Shown: one piece after another, positions 41,263 through 56,770 of the stretch
Position numbering within the stretch: the stretch's first letter is position 1
How the letters are laid out: each line of letters starts with the position of its first letter
Source of the DNA: the human T2T-CHM13v2.0 reference genome, Homo sapiens
Strand: one strand, 5' to 3'
Length of the DNA: 64,000 nucleotides
Assembly (NCBI RefSeq): GCF_009914755.1
Contig: NC_060939.1
The notes under the pieces: generated by a model
Databases searched by the model: none
What the model was told of the DNA's origin: nothing
Seen by the model: only the letters and a program-made list of their open reading frames with translations
Made by a program: the position numbers and the translations under genes

Positions 41263-41951
41263 CTACCTGAACTATCTCTCAAAAAATAAATAAAGTGGGG
41301 CTACATAAAACTAAAAAGCCTTTTGCACATCCAGCAAAGAAAATAATCAACAAAGTGAAAAGCTGACCTATAGAATGGGGGGAAATATTTGCAAACCATG
41401 TATCTGATAAGAGATTAGTTTCTAAAATACATAAGGAACTCCTCCAAGTCAATAACAATAAAACTAATAACCTGATTTTAAAATGGGCTAAGTAACTGAC
41501 TAGACATTTCTCCAGAGAAGACATATTAAACTAACAGGTATTAACCTGATTTTAAAATGTGCTAAGAAATTGAATAGACATCTCTCCAGATAAGATATAT
41601 TATACCAACATATTATACCAATGGCCAACAGGTATATTAAAAATGTTCCACATCACTAGCCATCAGGTAAATGCAAATAGAAACATATGTCCACATGCAG
41701 ACTTGTACACAAAGGTTCATAACTGCTTCAGTCACAAGAGCCAAAAATCTACAAGCAACCCAAATGGCTATCAATAGGAAAAGGGACTACCAACATGTGG
41801 TATACCTATCGAGTAGACTACTACTCTGAAATAAAATGGTAAAAACTACTGATACACATAATGCCATGTATGAATCTTAAAAACATTTTGATAAGTGAAA
41901 GAAGCCCAACACAAAATAGTACATATTATATGATTCCTAAAATCAATATGA

Positions 41952-42244
<293 letters not shown>

Positions 42245-42891
42245 GAGAGTGATACCATCTTATATCTGTCACAATGTATTGGCAAGAATGTGGAGATATT
42301 GGAACACTTGCATACCGTGGGTAGGAATGCAAAATGGTCCAGTTGCTATGAAAAGCAATACAGAGGTACCTCAAAAAATTAAAAATAGAACTATCATGTG
42401 ATCCAGTGATCCCACTGCTAGGTATCTATCTAAAAGAATTAAAATCAGTATTCCAAGGAGATATTAGCACTCCTAGGTTCATTGCAGCACAATTCACAAC
42501 GGACAAGATGTGGAAACAACCTAAATGTTTATCAACAGATGAATGGATAAAGAAAATGTGGTACATGCACACAATGAAATAATATACATCCTTAAAAAAA
42601 GAAAATTCTGCAATATGTGATGACATCTACATACTTTGAGATCATTATGCTAAGTGAAATGAACCAGTCACAGAAAGACAAATACTGCATGATTCCACTT
42701 ATATGAGGTGCCTAAAATAGTCAAATGCATAGACTCAAAGAGTAAAATAGTAGTTGCCAGAGGTTGGGGATAGTGGAAATGGGATGTTACTAATAAATGG
42801 GCATAAAGTTAGCTAAACAAAATGAATAAGCTCTAGAAATCTGTAAGTATAGTCAACAAGAATATATTACACACTTTAAAAAATTTGTTAA

Positions 42892-43175
42892 GGCTGGGAA
42901 CATTGGCTCACACCTGTAATCCTACCACCTTGTCGGGGCTGAGGTGGGAGGATCACTTGAGCCCAGAAATTCAAGACCAGTCTGGGAAACATAGTGAGAC
43001 CCTATCTCTAGAAAAAAATATTTTAAATTAACCTGGTGTCATGGTGGATGCCTGTAGTCTTAGCTACTTGGGAAGTTGGGGTTAGAGTATCACCTGAACC
43101 TGGGAGGCCAAGGCTGCAGTGAGCCGTGCACCCCATTCTGGGCAATAAAGTGAGACCCTGTCTATCTCAAAAAAT
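42892..43175 (+). mobile_element. AluJ followed by AT-rich low-complexity tract to ~43255
   Basis: ggaggatcacttgagcccag; ccaaggctgcagtgagc. Confidence 0.88.
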
Positions 43176-43316
43176 TTTTAAATTTAATTAATTTAATTTA
43201 ATAATTTAATTTAATTGTTAATAATTAAGTTAAATTTTTTATTTTAATTTAATATGAGAGAGATCATGTTAAGTATTCTTATCAACATCAAATTTAAAAA
43301 ATTTAATGGTCAAAAG

Positions 43317-44471
43317 ATTTGAAAAGAGATTTTACCAAAGAAGTTAAGTGACTAGCCATTAAACACATAAAAATATTTTTCAACACTTTTATTAGGAAAA
43401 TGCAAATTAAAATGACAATGAGACTAGGCATGGTGGCTCACACCTATAATCCCAGCACTTTTGGGGGACGAGGTGGGAGGATGGCTTAAAGTCAGGAGTT
43501 TGAGGCAAGCCTGGGAAACATAGCAAGGCCCACTCTCTACAAAATTTTAAAAATTAACCAGGCATGGTGATGCAAGCCTGTACTCCCAGCTACTCAGAAG
43601 ACTGAGTCAGGAGGCTCACTTTAGCCCAGGAGGTCAAGGCTGCAGTTAACTATGATTATGCCACTGCATTCCAACCTGGGCCACAGAGCAAGATTCTGTC
43701 ACAAAAAAAAAAAAAAAAAAAAAGGAAAGAAACAAAGAAACAAAACCCCACAATGAAATACAACTACATACCTGCTAGAAGGATTAAAACTAAAAAGACT
43801 AACCATACTAAGTATTGATGAGGATATAGAGCAACCAGAATTCTTATACATTTATGATGGGAAGTAATATGTACAGTGATATTAGCAAAAGTTTGGCATT
43901 TTCTTTTAAAGTTAAACATATATTTATCACACAAACTGGAAATCCAACTTCTAGGTATTTACCTAAGAAAAATAAAAACATATGTCCACACAAAGACTTG
44001 TACACAAAAGTTCATAACTGCTTCAGTCACAAGAGCCAAAAATCTAGAAACAACCCAAATGGCTATCAATAAGAAGAGGGACTACCAAAATGTGGTATAT
44101 CCATCAAGTGGACTACTACTCCGAAATAAAATGGTAAAAACTACCGATACACATGACACCATGTATGAATCTTAAAAACATTTTGCTAAGTGAAAGAAGC
44201 CCAATACAAAAGAGTACATATATGATTCCTAAAATCATATAATATAAAATCTTATTTTATATAAAATCATTTGTATAAAATCCTAAAATGGAAAAAGGTA
44301 ACTTATAGTTACAGAAAGCAGAGTAGTAGATGCCAGGGATCAAGATTAGGGCAGGTAGAGAACAGATCCAAAGAGGCAAGAGAAAACTTTAGTGGTTGTG
44401 AAAATGGTTAATAATCTTATTTTGGGAGGCGATTGCACAGGTAAGTGTATTTGTCAAAAACCATCAAATTG
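43317..44471 (+). mobile_element. Old L1ME, part 2 (host of the NMNAT1 retrocopy; last ~65 bp at 48614-48677)
   Basis: L1ME 3'UTR ...tgtatttgtcaaaaaccatcaaattg | tagacttactatgggtgcactttatgtaaattataccccaataaagttg. Confidence 0.82.
43422..43746 (+). mobile_element. AluJ
   Basis: ggaggatggctt; ggtcaaggctgcag; flanked by acaatga on both sides. Confidence 0.9.
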
Positions 44472-44569
44472 GCTCTCTCTCACCTGCTGTCATCTAAGAC
44501 ATGGCCTTGCTTCCCTTTCACCTTCTGCCATGACTAAATTTCCTGAGGCCTCCCCAGCTATGTGGAACT
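44472..44569 (+). mobile_element. THE1 (THE1C/D-like) MaLR LTR fragment forming the 5' exon of the retrocopy
   Basis: ctctctctcacctgctgtcatctaagacatgg...cttctgccatga...tttcctgaggcctccccagctatgtggaact matches THE1 sequence downstream of the TATA region. It ends where the consensus continues GTGAGTC (splice donor) and lies inside the TSD. Confidence 0.85.
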
Positions 44570-44625
44570 ACAACAAGAGAGATGTCACAGTTTTCCATTT
44601 AGATCAACAACTTCAAGTTCTTAAC

Positions 44626-45769
<1,144 letters not shown>

Positions 45770-46692
45770 GAATTCTACAGCATGATGTTTTGGACTTCCC
45801 TTTTCGGGATTTGAAACAACCTGGGTTTTAGTAACTGGGGAAAGAAATTGTGACGCTGTTGCCTAAACTAAAGCTTAAAAGTTTAGTAAAAATCAGTGGT
45901 AAGTTAAAATCAGGGTTTTTTCCCTTTTATCAGAAATTGCTAAGATGAATTTTTTTGTATGTTTTTTTTAAAAAAAGAATGTACAATCTCTTTATCTTTA
46001 AAACAAGAGATTAGCAGCACACTAAAACCAAAAGAATTTTCAGTGAAACTAGCTATGAGTAAGAAGTCAAAAAGCAACAGCCTAGCTCTACCACATATAA
46101 GAAGTAAAGTGTGAAAAACAAAAGTTCATTGAAAATTCTAACTTTGGTTATGAAGGGAATTGACATTTTATTGATGCCTGCTGCTGGGTAATCTGCAGCT
46201 AGGGTAGACAAAGGAAGGAAATCTTACAGTGGTGATCTTGTAAAATGCACCATTGATAAATCATCTCCAGTTATGCAAAATAAAGGTTGTGAATATGCCT
46301 GGCAGAAACATTGCACCAATAGTTAGTTCTCTGTGGCACACATCAAAGTGGCCAACTAAATTTTGGCAAGACCTATCTGCCTGGAGCTTCACCTTTGGAA
46401 GAAGGGAGTGAGGTCCAAGCCCTTGTATGTTTAGAAAGGTACGCAGGTTATTTCTGATGCCCCCCAGAGGTAGAGAGCTACTGCCTTACACTCTATACAC
46501 ATTTATTTAGGCTTGTTGTGGGTTATGCTCTAGCCCTGGCCATCCGCCCTGTCTTTATCTTCAGGAACAACTTCAGAAAGGACATCAGGCTACATTGAAT
46601 CTAGAAAACCACAGAAATTGAGGGGACTCATTCAAGGATTTTATAAGTCTGAATGCTCTTAACCTTTATTGGTAGCTTAATCAAAAGACCTG

Positions 46693-46815
46693 AGTGGGGT
46701 GCAGTGGCACATGCTCAGTAATCCCATCTATTTGGGAGGCTAAGGCAGGAGGATCACTTGAGCCCAGGACTTTGAGACCAGTCTGGGCTAAATAGTGAGA
46801 ATTTGTCTTTAAAAA
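46693..46815 (+). mobile_element. FLAM/Alu monomer in the retrocopied 3'UTR
   Basis: ggtgcagtggcacatgc...ggaggatcacttgagcccagg...aatagtgaga. Confidence 0.8.
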
Positions 46816-47258
46816 CTGGAGTTTCTGAAGAACCCTGCTGTTTCTGTTTCAGCCTACTGTGAATCTGCCATTTGTGAATTTAATCAGAAAAAGGGTCTGT
46901 TTTCTTATACTTTTTTTCTTCTTGTCCTTTTGTGTGAAGTTTAACCAAAAGTAGTAGTCTCAAATAATTAGTCTTAGCTTTATGTTGAAAACACAAGCTT
47001 GTTACATAGTTTGCTACCGATTAAAATGTTGTAGAAGTTTTACCAATTTGTAAAGCAAAAAGACCGGAGATAGCTTTCTGTAGAATAGTTTTAGGGTTTG
47101 TAAAATAGTTCTATGATAGAAACAAAACTAAAGTTAAATTTCTAATGAAAATAGAATAATTTGCCTTTTGGCAATTTCTATTTTATACCTACACCACCCC
47201 AGATGAAGGGTTTGTAACTGCAGAAGAAAAAAAAAAATACTTAGAAATGTGCAACTGG

Positions 47259-47545
<287 letters not shown>

Positions 47546-47567
47546 CTACTAAAGAAATGTGCAATTG

Positions 47568-47854
47568 GGCCAGACACGGTGGCTAATGCCTGTAATCGCA
47601 GAATTTTGGGAGGCCGAGGTATGAGGAGTTCAACACCAGCCTGGGCAACATGGCGAAACGCCATCTCTACAAAAATACAAAAATTAGCTGGCATAGTGGC
47701 AGGCACCTAGAGTCCTAGCTACTGGAGAGGCTGAGATACGAGGATTGCTTGAGCTCAGGAGGCAGAGTTTGCAGTGACCTGAGATCATGCCAGTGCACTC
47801 CAGACTGGATGACAAAGCGAGACCCTCTCTCAAAAACAAAAACAAAACAAAAAC
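47568..47854 (+). mobile_element. AluJb-like with left-arm deletion
   Basis: ggccgaggtat|gaggagttc; gaggattgcttgagc. Confidence 0.88.
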
Positions 47855-48553
47855 AGAAATGTGCAATGTATAGTCAGATCTGAATCTACAGTTTGAAAGA
47901 GAAAAATGTTAAATAAAGTTAAGCTAAGACATGTGCTACCACTCCCAACTTACTCTTACTGAAACCATCAGGCCACCTCCCAAAGACAGGGAGGGAGCAA
48001 AGCCTGACACCTAGCATGTTTCAGGATCCATCTGCCAAGTGAATGAAAGGTTGGAATCTCAAATCCTAGAAAATCTCAAATCCTAGAGTTCAAAGTTGTT
48101 TTTCTCCTCTTTGGCTTTTTGCAGTTTAAGAGTTGAAGTAGCCCTAAAAAATAATGATTGAGCAAGATGAAGCTATCAGAAATGAACTTTGATTTTTTCT
48201 CGGGAACTATACCTAGTTCATCGGAAGTGTTGTGTAAACTGCATAAAGGTTCCACTGCTACAAATCTCTCTCATACTGTCATGCCTTCCTGCTTAGAAGT
48301 GCCTGTTCCCTGCTCAGCTGTGACTCTACTGACCTCAGGACATCACTGGACAAGGCATGTGGGAATCCTTGCAGGAGCCCTGGTAATAATGAAATGGAGC
48401 AACAATTTTGTAGAAAGAATGAGCTGCTTGGCTTTTTCTCCCAGTGCTGAGGATGCTGTTGATGCCGCCTCATAATAGCGTAGTTTTGGGTGTCATCAAG
48501 GACAGAACTTCCCCTTTGAATAATGGAAATTAGAACAATGACCTTCACAGGGG

Positions 48554-48559
48554 AATAAA
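48554..48559 (+). terminator. Poly(A) signal of the retrocopied NMNAT1 mRNA
   Basis: AATAAA about 27 nt upstream of the decayed A tail and the 3' TSD. Confidence 0.75.
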
Positions 48560-48819
48560 TATTAATGACTGATATGACTTTCTTTAAGGAAGAAGGAAAA
48601 AATCATCAAATTGTAGACTTACTATGGGTGCACTTTATGTAAATTATACCCCAATAAAGTTGATTTTAAAAATAAAATCTGAAGAAACAATGAATTCAGA
48701 ATTAAACAGCATATTGAACACAGCTGGAGAAAGAAGTAGCATACCGGAATATCAATCACTGGGAGTTACTCAGAATGTAACACAGAGACAAGGAGATCAA
48801 AAATATTAAAGAATTTAAG

Positions 48820-49127
<308 letters not shown>

Positions 49128-49879
49128 TTAAGAGAAGGTGAAATGAAAAGGGCTAACATACATCTAATCAAAGTCCTAGAAGAATAGAAGTAGAATAAAA
49201 AGAAGGCAACAAAAATAATGGCTGAGAATTTTATGGAATGGATGAAAGATATACATTCACAGGTATAAAAATTATGGCTACTACCAAACAGACTAAAATG
49301 ATTAAATAAATCCTAGACATATTGTGGTAAAACATCAGAGAACCAAAAACAAAATGAAAACGATCTTACAAGCAGCAAGAGAGAAAAGCCAGAGCACCTC
49401 CAAACAATAACAATTAGATGAACAGCAACAATGGAAGCCAAGAGATGGTGAATTATAATTACCTCAAATAGCTGAGCAAAAAGTAAATATCTGCCTACAA
49501 TTCTGTACCCAACAAAGCTATCTTGTAAGTTTTAAAATTATCCTCCTCTTTTAAGAATGAGGGCAAATTAAACATTTTTTTATTTTAAAAATAGAAACAG
49601 AAATGGTGAGAGTTTACCACCAACAAACTTTTATTAAAGAAACCTCTAAAAAATATTCTTTAGGAAGAAGGAAAATTCTCTAAGATAAAAGGTCTGAGAT
49701 GAAAGAAGAAAAGATGATCAAAAATATTGGTAAACTGTACAGTTGTTTATCCATATCAAAATAACAATATATAATTAACGGGGTTAAAAAGAGCATCTAA
49801 ATTCTGAGCAAGAATGTTATAGCATTGAAAGGTAGCAGTCTGATCAAAGTGTTCTTGTATTATTTAGAAAGGTGGTTAA

Positions 49880-50008
49880 CCCATTTATGCTGGAGGTTGC
49901 AAATTTTTTGTGTGAAAAATCAGACCTTGGCGATGACCTTCAGCAGTAGGATACAAATAACTCACACAAGTTTAGCGTTCCAATAGTGGAACACCAGGCA
50001 TAATTGGG
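49880..50008 (-). mobile_element. MER85 (non-autonomous piggyBac, PGBD3-derived)
   Basis: TIRs cccatttatgc / gcataattggg. TTAA target duplication at 49876-49879 and 50009-50012. Internal cagaccttggcgatgacctt. Confidence 0.92.
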
Positions 50009-50546
50009 TTAAGATATTAATTAACTTTAGACTTAAAGATGCATATTAAAATTTTGAGGGCAATCAATAAAAGAATAGAAAATGGCACGTATAACTCCAA
50101 GTTTGACAGAGAAAACAATGAGATAAGAAAACAAATCAAACTCAGTCAACCCAAAAAAGTGCAATAGATCATTCCATGGCCTATAAGGCCATGGTAAAGC
50201 TAGTGGATTTTGATCCAAGGGTAGAATTCTGCTGGAATTCTGGAAGATCCAAGATAAATGTGAGATATGTTCATTCCCAGTGCCCATGGGGCTTCTCTTC
50301 TGATGAAAGGCATTTTCAATTTAGCTCAGAGTTTCTCATTGGTTGACTGTAGCCCAACAAGGCAAAGCTTTAAGTCCTACATCCAGTCCTCTGCTCACCT
50401 ATGTCGTGAAAATCCAGTGGCTCAGCTCCTCACTGCCATCTGTAATCTTCGAATAATAGCATATCCAGTCTGCAGATATGTGTAGAAAAATACTCCCAAA
50501 CCAGAAAACCTACTCCTTATTAGGGCAATCAAGATCCTCCCAATCT

Positions 50547-51320
50547 GAAAGGGGAAACTTCTTACACTGTTGATGGGAATGTAAGGTAGTACAGCCATAC
50601 TAATGGCTGGAAAACAGTATAGAGGCTCTTCTAAAAACTAAAACTAGAACTACCATATGATCCAGCAATTCCACTACTGGGTATACACTTTAGAAAATCA
50701 GGATATCAAAGAGCTATCTGTACTCCCATGTTTATTGCAGCACCATTCACAACTGTCAGGATATGAAATCAACCTAAGTGTCCATCAATGGATGAATGGA
50801 TAAAGAAAATACGTATATATTTTTTTCTAATATATACATATTCGAATATATATGTGTATATATATGTGTATATATGTATATATGTGTATATATGTATATA
50901 TATTCGAATATATATGTGTGCATATATATATATATATACACACAATAGAATATTAATCAGACACAAAAGAGAATGAAATCCTGTCATGTGCAGCAACATG
51001 AATGGAACTGGAGGTCATTATGTTAAGTGAAATGAGGCTGGAAAGAGTAAGGGGGAGAGGGAGATGAAGAGAAGTTGATTAATGTGTACAAATACACAGT
51101 TTTACAGAAGAAATAAGACGTTAGTGTTTGATAGCTCAGTAGGGTGACTATAGTTTATAATAATCTACCATATATTTAAAAATACCTAGAATAGAATAAT
51201 AATTCAAATGTTTCTAGCATAAGGAAAAGATAAATCTTTAATTATATGACTGTATTAAATTAATACATGGACCATGAAAATATATAATATATATAAATTA
51301 AAAATAAAATTATTAAAAAT
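50547..51320 (+). mobile_element. L1MA (MA3/4-like) 3' end
   Basis: ctaccatatgatccagcaattccactactggg...ggaactggaggtcattatgttaagtgaaat...agtagggtgactatagttt. Confidence 0.85.
50810..50945. repeat. (TA)/(TATG) microsatellite inside L1MA
   Basis: tatatatgtgtatatatatg...; two tattcgaata palindromic cores. Confidence 0.9.
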
Positions 51321-51794
51321 GGAAAAAATAACACATAGGATAAAAACCAAAAGATCCTCCCAGTCTCACAGAAGCAGTCAAACACATCTGATATCCAAAA
51401 TATTTCTAATAAGATTTCTAGAAAGAGATAACAGAGAAGATGGAGGGGAACAAATAAAGACATACTAAATATTTCTAGGAAGTGAAGAGATATTTAAATT
51501 ATTATATGGAAAAGGCATGTTAACTATCTATAGAAATAATGGGAGCAGGGAAGACCATAATATACAGACAAATCCTGGAGACATTTGAAAAAAAAGAAAA
51601 TTCTTTTAAGCTTCCAGTATGTGCATATATGTTTGGGGGCATGGTGCAAGAGATTACTTACTAAAGAACGGCAATTAAAACAGCACTGACTCCTTAAATG
51701 TAACAAACAATTGAAAGCAGTAGAAAAAAATGTAAGTGCTGAGGGAAAAGGATTTAAAACTAAAGTGCTATACTCAATTAATAAAGAATTCAAG

Positions 51795-52300
51795 TTGTCC
51801 GAATAATGTTACCCCCCTCCAAATGTAGCTGCCTTCAAATCCCTGGAACCTATGCCTATGAATGTTTTCTTACATGGCAAAAAAAGGACTTCAGTGATGT
51901 GATTAGATTAAGGATCTTAAAATAGGGAGATTATTCTGGATTATCTACCTGGGCTCTAAATGCAATGATATCATAGCCACAGGGAGGTGGAGGGAGATTT
52001 GACAGACAGAAGAGGATAAGGTAATATGACCATGAAAGAAAAGAATGAAATGATACAGCCATGAGTCAAGAAATTCTCAGCCATCCAAAGGCAGAAGATG
52101 CAAGAAATAGATGCCCCTGCAGAGCCTCTGGAGGGTAGCCCAGCTCTATTGGCACCTTGACTTCAGCATAGTCATACTGATTTCAGACTTCTGGGCTCAG
52201 GAACTGTGAAATAATACATTTCCGTTGTTTTCAGGTAGTTTGTTGTTTTTAGTCTCCATGTTGCAGTACTTTGCTATAGCAATCACCAGAAATTAATACA
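51795..52300 (+). mobile_element. MLT1C/D MaLR LTR
   Basis: ttacatggcaaaaaaaggacttcagtgatgtgatt...gagattattctggattatc...tttcagacttctgg. Confidence 0.82.
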
Positions 52301-52574
52301 GTGAGCTATTACCAAACTATTTGACTGGAAATTATCGATGAAGTACAGGAGAATTTACACCTTGTCTATGACAATTCAGAGGTTACTAGAAAGACTGAGT
52401 CAGTGTTTCAAAGCCAAGAAAAGACATAAACACCCCAAGATTCAAAGCAGCTTAAAGTAAATCTAATATTAAATTACTAACATACATTAACAACTTATAA
52501 AAATGGGGACAGCACAGATTTTAATCAACAGTAGTTTATTTGAGAATTTTCTATTTGAATCAGCCTTCTCTTAG

Positions 52575-52883
<309 letters not shown>

Positions 52884-55202
52884 TGTGTTAGTGTTTTAAA
52901 GCTATTTGATATCCACACCAGCATCTAGAACAGAATTATTTCAAAAAATCATTTTTTTAGGAGCTTTTCACTGCTCTAATCTTCACATCTAGTGAGGTGG
53001 AGTAATAGCCAAATATCACAACACAGCTTCAGATCATAAATGTACTACTAGCAAATTCAACTACCCTCCCTCCTTAAACATTTTGAATTTTCTTTCCTTT
53101 ATGTAAATTCAATACAGCAGTAGCCTCTACCATTTCTCTTTAAAGCACACACACATACTGGAACTCACGATAAATGCTCCTTTAGTAAAAGACATCATGA
53201 TCACATAGTAATGGTGATTTACTACTGACCCCGTTGTATGGATGCATAAATCAACCAAACCGTCATTTCACAGGATGCCACTGTACTTGTGATATACTGT
53301 TCCACATCTTTACAGATACCTCTTTAATTAATTAGCTGGATATATTAGGATAACCAGAAAACAAACTATAGATTTTTCAATGAACATTAAGCCTATCCCC
53401 AGCATTGTAGTATGTACTAGAGAATATACAAAATAGCAAAAATAAAAATAATTAATTAATTAATTAAAAAAAAAAAACCTTGCCATCTTCTTGGGGAAAG
53501 AAGGTCCCACACAAAACAACTGGAAAACTATGTTAAAGAATACCTGATAAAATGCTAAAGCTTTTCTGAGGCTTCATTTTACTTCTTCCCAAACAAATGA
53601 ATGCAGCCGAACACAGGGACTACAACTGACCTTTTTACAACTGAAAACTCATTAACTGATTTTAATCATTTTTTATACTTGTTGCCAATTGATTAATTTG
53701 TATAATGAAAAACATACTTGATGTATCTATTAACTAGGGTGTGACTAGGACGTCCCATTTGTTTGTCTGCCTTATATGCCATTTGGAGTTGAGACTACTT
53801 GTAAAGCGCAGCTGAAATTGGAAGGTTGCTCTGGGAGAATGGACTCAGTGTCAGCGGAGTTTGTGAATGATGTAAAACTTTAACAGTGTCAATCATGGCA
53901 GTCTTTCCAGATGATTCTGAATGCCTCGCCAAGCTTTACACGACTGAAGAAAATTGCCTTCCATGAAGTGGTACCCAAAACTCCAGCCCTAATTAGTGCA
54001 TCTAATTCAGTAAAGCTTTGTCCTCTTAAGCGTTGCTATCACTTTGCTAGCCATAGATTAACATCTAGGTAGTGCAGGTGCTTTAGCGCCACCCTAGAAT
54101 CAAGCAACATGCATAAAGCAATCTTAAACACAGGTCCAGAAAGAAGCATGTATTTCTTATAACAGTACCAGCCAGAAATAGTTTTTTCTAGATGCCTTTC
54201 CATTCCAGGCCTAAGCTAATGTCACCCTTGCTTGTTGGCAGGACCATTTAGCCCACATGGTGGAGAGCAGTGTATGTTTCTCTAGTACATGCCATTATTT
54301 ATTGACTATCTGCCTCACTTGCATCTGTGAGATGTAGAAACTCACCAGTGGTTTCCAAGGCCATCAGTTTTAAACGGCACCATCCATCACAAAATGGAAA
54401 GGAGTGATCAACGTTCCCTGAACTGCAATGCATTATACGAGGGTCAGCAAGTGGGAGTCATGGTTGGCGACACAATTGCTGGCCTCAGGTAGCATATCCA
54501 TCCTTCCAGCTGTTCTGATCCATATGGGTTCAATGAACTGCAGAGAGTGCAGGACTCTTCTCATTGAGAGTATCTGCTGTAAGTCTTTCATCCAAACCTC
54601 ATCATAACAAGTGTAAGGGAAGCTGACAACCATTTATCTAAACTTCATCTGGTAGCCAACTGCTGACAAAGAGGAAAACATGCACATTAGTGAGCAGACA
54701 GATGTGATCAGGGAAATTAAGGTGTTCTTATCTTGAAGAAACCAAAGATTTTAAATATAGGGAAAAAAATTTAGTCATTACGTCAATGCCAGATAGAAAG
54801 CCACTAGTGCTGTTTTCCCTGCTTAGTAAATTCCAGGGCTGTCCCCAGTAGTCCTGACACTCAATTTCTTATAACACAGAGCTATTAGGATAATATTATA
54901 CAAACCTTCAGTTATCAAAATCAAGATTCTTGCTTTAATTTCTAGGGCCTAGAAATGGATTTCAAAATAGTAAATATTGCCTTTTTTCCTTATATTTTGG
55001 GTCCCAGTTTTAACTTTGCCCCAGACCAGCAAATTTTTCACCCCAGGAATTTCTTATTGATATTTGACGTATAGCCTATGTAAAAAGTTAAAATATATGA
55101 TGGTGTATAAGTAAAAAATCCCTGGAATGCTTCCTTAACATCTCTGACCTTCGTATTTTCATCTGTACAATGTGGATCACGATAATTGTACTCCTCTTAA
55201 CA

Positions 55203-55428
55203 AAGTGGTTCTCAAAGAAGGGTGATTTTCATCCCTCATGGGACAACTGACAAAGTCTGGAGACATTTTTGGTTGGCACAAGTAGGGGGAGGGGAGTGCC
55301 ACTGTGCCACTGGCATCCAGTGAATAGAGGTCAGGGGTGCTGCTAAACATGCCACAGTGCACAGGACAACCCACAACAAAGAACTGTCCAGCCCAAAATG
55401 ACAATAGTGCCAATGGTGGGAAACTCTG
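55203..55428 (+). mobile_element. MER20 hAT-Charlie MITE inserted in a MIR (~55125-55500)
   Basis: agtggttctcaa...tctggagacatttttggtt...ggtgctgctaaacat...aaactctg. 8-bp TSD tcttaaca/ccttaaca. Confidence 0.9.
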
Positions 55429-56059
55429 CCTTAACATCATGTGGTTGTTGTAGAAATCAAAGCAGATGCCTAGTGAAAAATGTTATGAATAGTGATAATC
55501 GTAATAAGATGTCTTAATTTGTAGCTTGTCTGTACGTTGCAATGCAAATTAGACTCTTATAAATGAAGCATAAAATGTGAAGGACAATAATTGCCAAAGA
55601 AAAAATCTTCATTGAAAAATATAAGGGTGGAATTGTGGTGACGCAGAGGCTGCCCTAATCACACCACTAAAAGCTTGGAAGTTGGCCTGGGTAACCAAGA
55701 TCGCATTGCTCTCTCCACCAGGAGCTCAGGAGAATCATCCACCATCTCTGGGAGTGAAATCAGCTGCGAGGCTGGGGGATAAGTTCTGGAGCAAGGTCCA
55801 CTGGGCTGGATTCCTCTGTAATGGGTGATCGAGTGGCATGTAAAGTACAGGGCCAGCTGCCTGATCTTGGTTTATGCCTCATGAAGGGCTCTCAGGATCA
55901 AAGGACTGGTGAAGTATCACTGGTGAGGCCACACTGGGATAGGAGTTAATGGGCAGAGTGACTGGCAGGCAGGGATATGTCAGAAGGGAATGGAAAGCAC
56001 AAAATTGCCAAATATATTATTCTAAAATATTATTATTATTATTCCCAAATATCTTCCTT

Positions 56060-56585
56060 TGGTAGTGGATCAGGTCATGGCCTGTTTGCTCTCAGATCTA
56101 TTCTTTGTCCTTCCCTGCTCTGCTCAGTCTAGGGGGCTGGGGAGGCTTGCAGGCTGCCTTCCATATGCCCCCATGTCAACGGGCATTTTACAGTGTTTGG
56201 CTAATGAGAAATAGGAGGGCAGAAGGAAGAGAGAAGCCAGAGGACCTCTTCCGTTCTCTGCTTCTGGTGCCTGTCGGGTATCACGTTCTTGCATCACCTC
56301 TTTAGTATCAGTGTCTATCAGAATGGTCTTCTGTGGTTTCAGCTTCCATCAGGTGCCCCCAGCCTCTGAGCTGTGGTAACACCACTTCCTCCACTCCACT
56401 TCCTCCCTTTGTCCCTCCAGTCTAGGCGTGTAGCTTCCTGCTACTGCTAACCTCTGTGTTGCTTTCTTGTGCTCTTTTCATCTTCTCAGCTCTTTCTGCA
56501 CCTGTGTAACCTGTTCTTTGCACTAAATAAATTTCCTCTGATTTAAGAAGAGTGATTCCTTCTTTCTGGTTGGACCTTGAACGAA
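56060..56585 (+). mobile_element. LTR33-family ERVL LTR
   Basis: tttggctaatgaga...gagagaagccagag...ccctccagtctagg...gcttcctgctactgctaa. Confidence 0.65.
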
Positions 56586-56699
56586 GGTCCTATTTTGATA
56601 TTTTTTAGAGTAGAAGGTGGGGTACAATAGTGTGACACCTGGAACTCATGGTTATGCAGGTACAGCAAGAGCAAGGAATCAAAAGAATACAGAAGCAGT

Positions 56700-56770
56700 T
56701 GATATTCATCTACTTAACAGGTATTTGTTGAGCACCTACTATAAACTGGAAATTGTGCTGGGTATGGAAA
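56700..56770 (-). mobile_element. L2 3' end
   Basis: attcatctacttaacaggtatttgttgagcacctactat...tgtgctgggt. Confidence 0.65.

Noticed and set aside
44472-44472. G at the 5' end of the retrocopy as a reverse-transcribed cap
   Set aside because: The recalled THE1 consensus also has G before ctctctct, so it may be templated.
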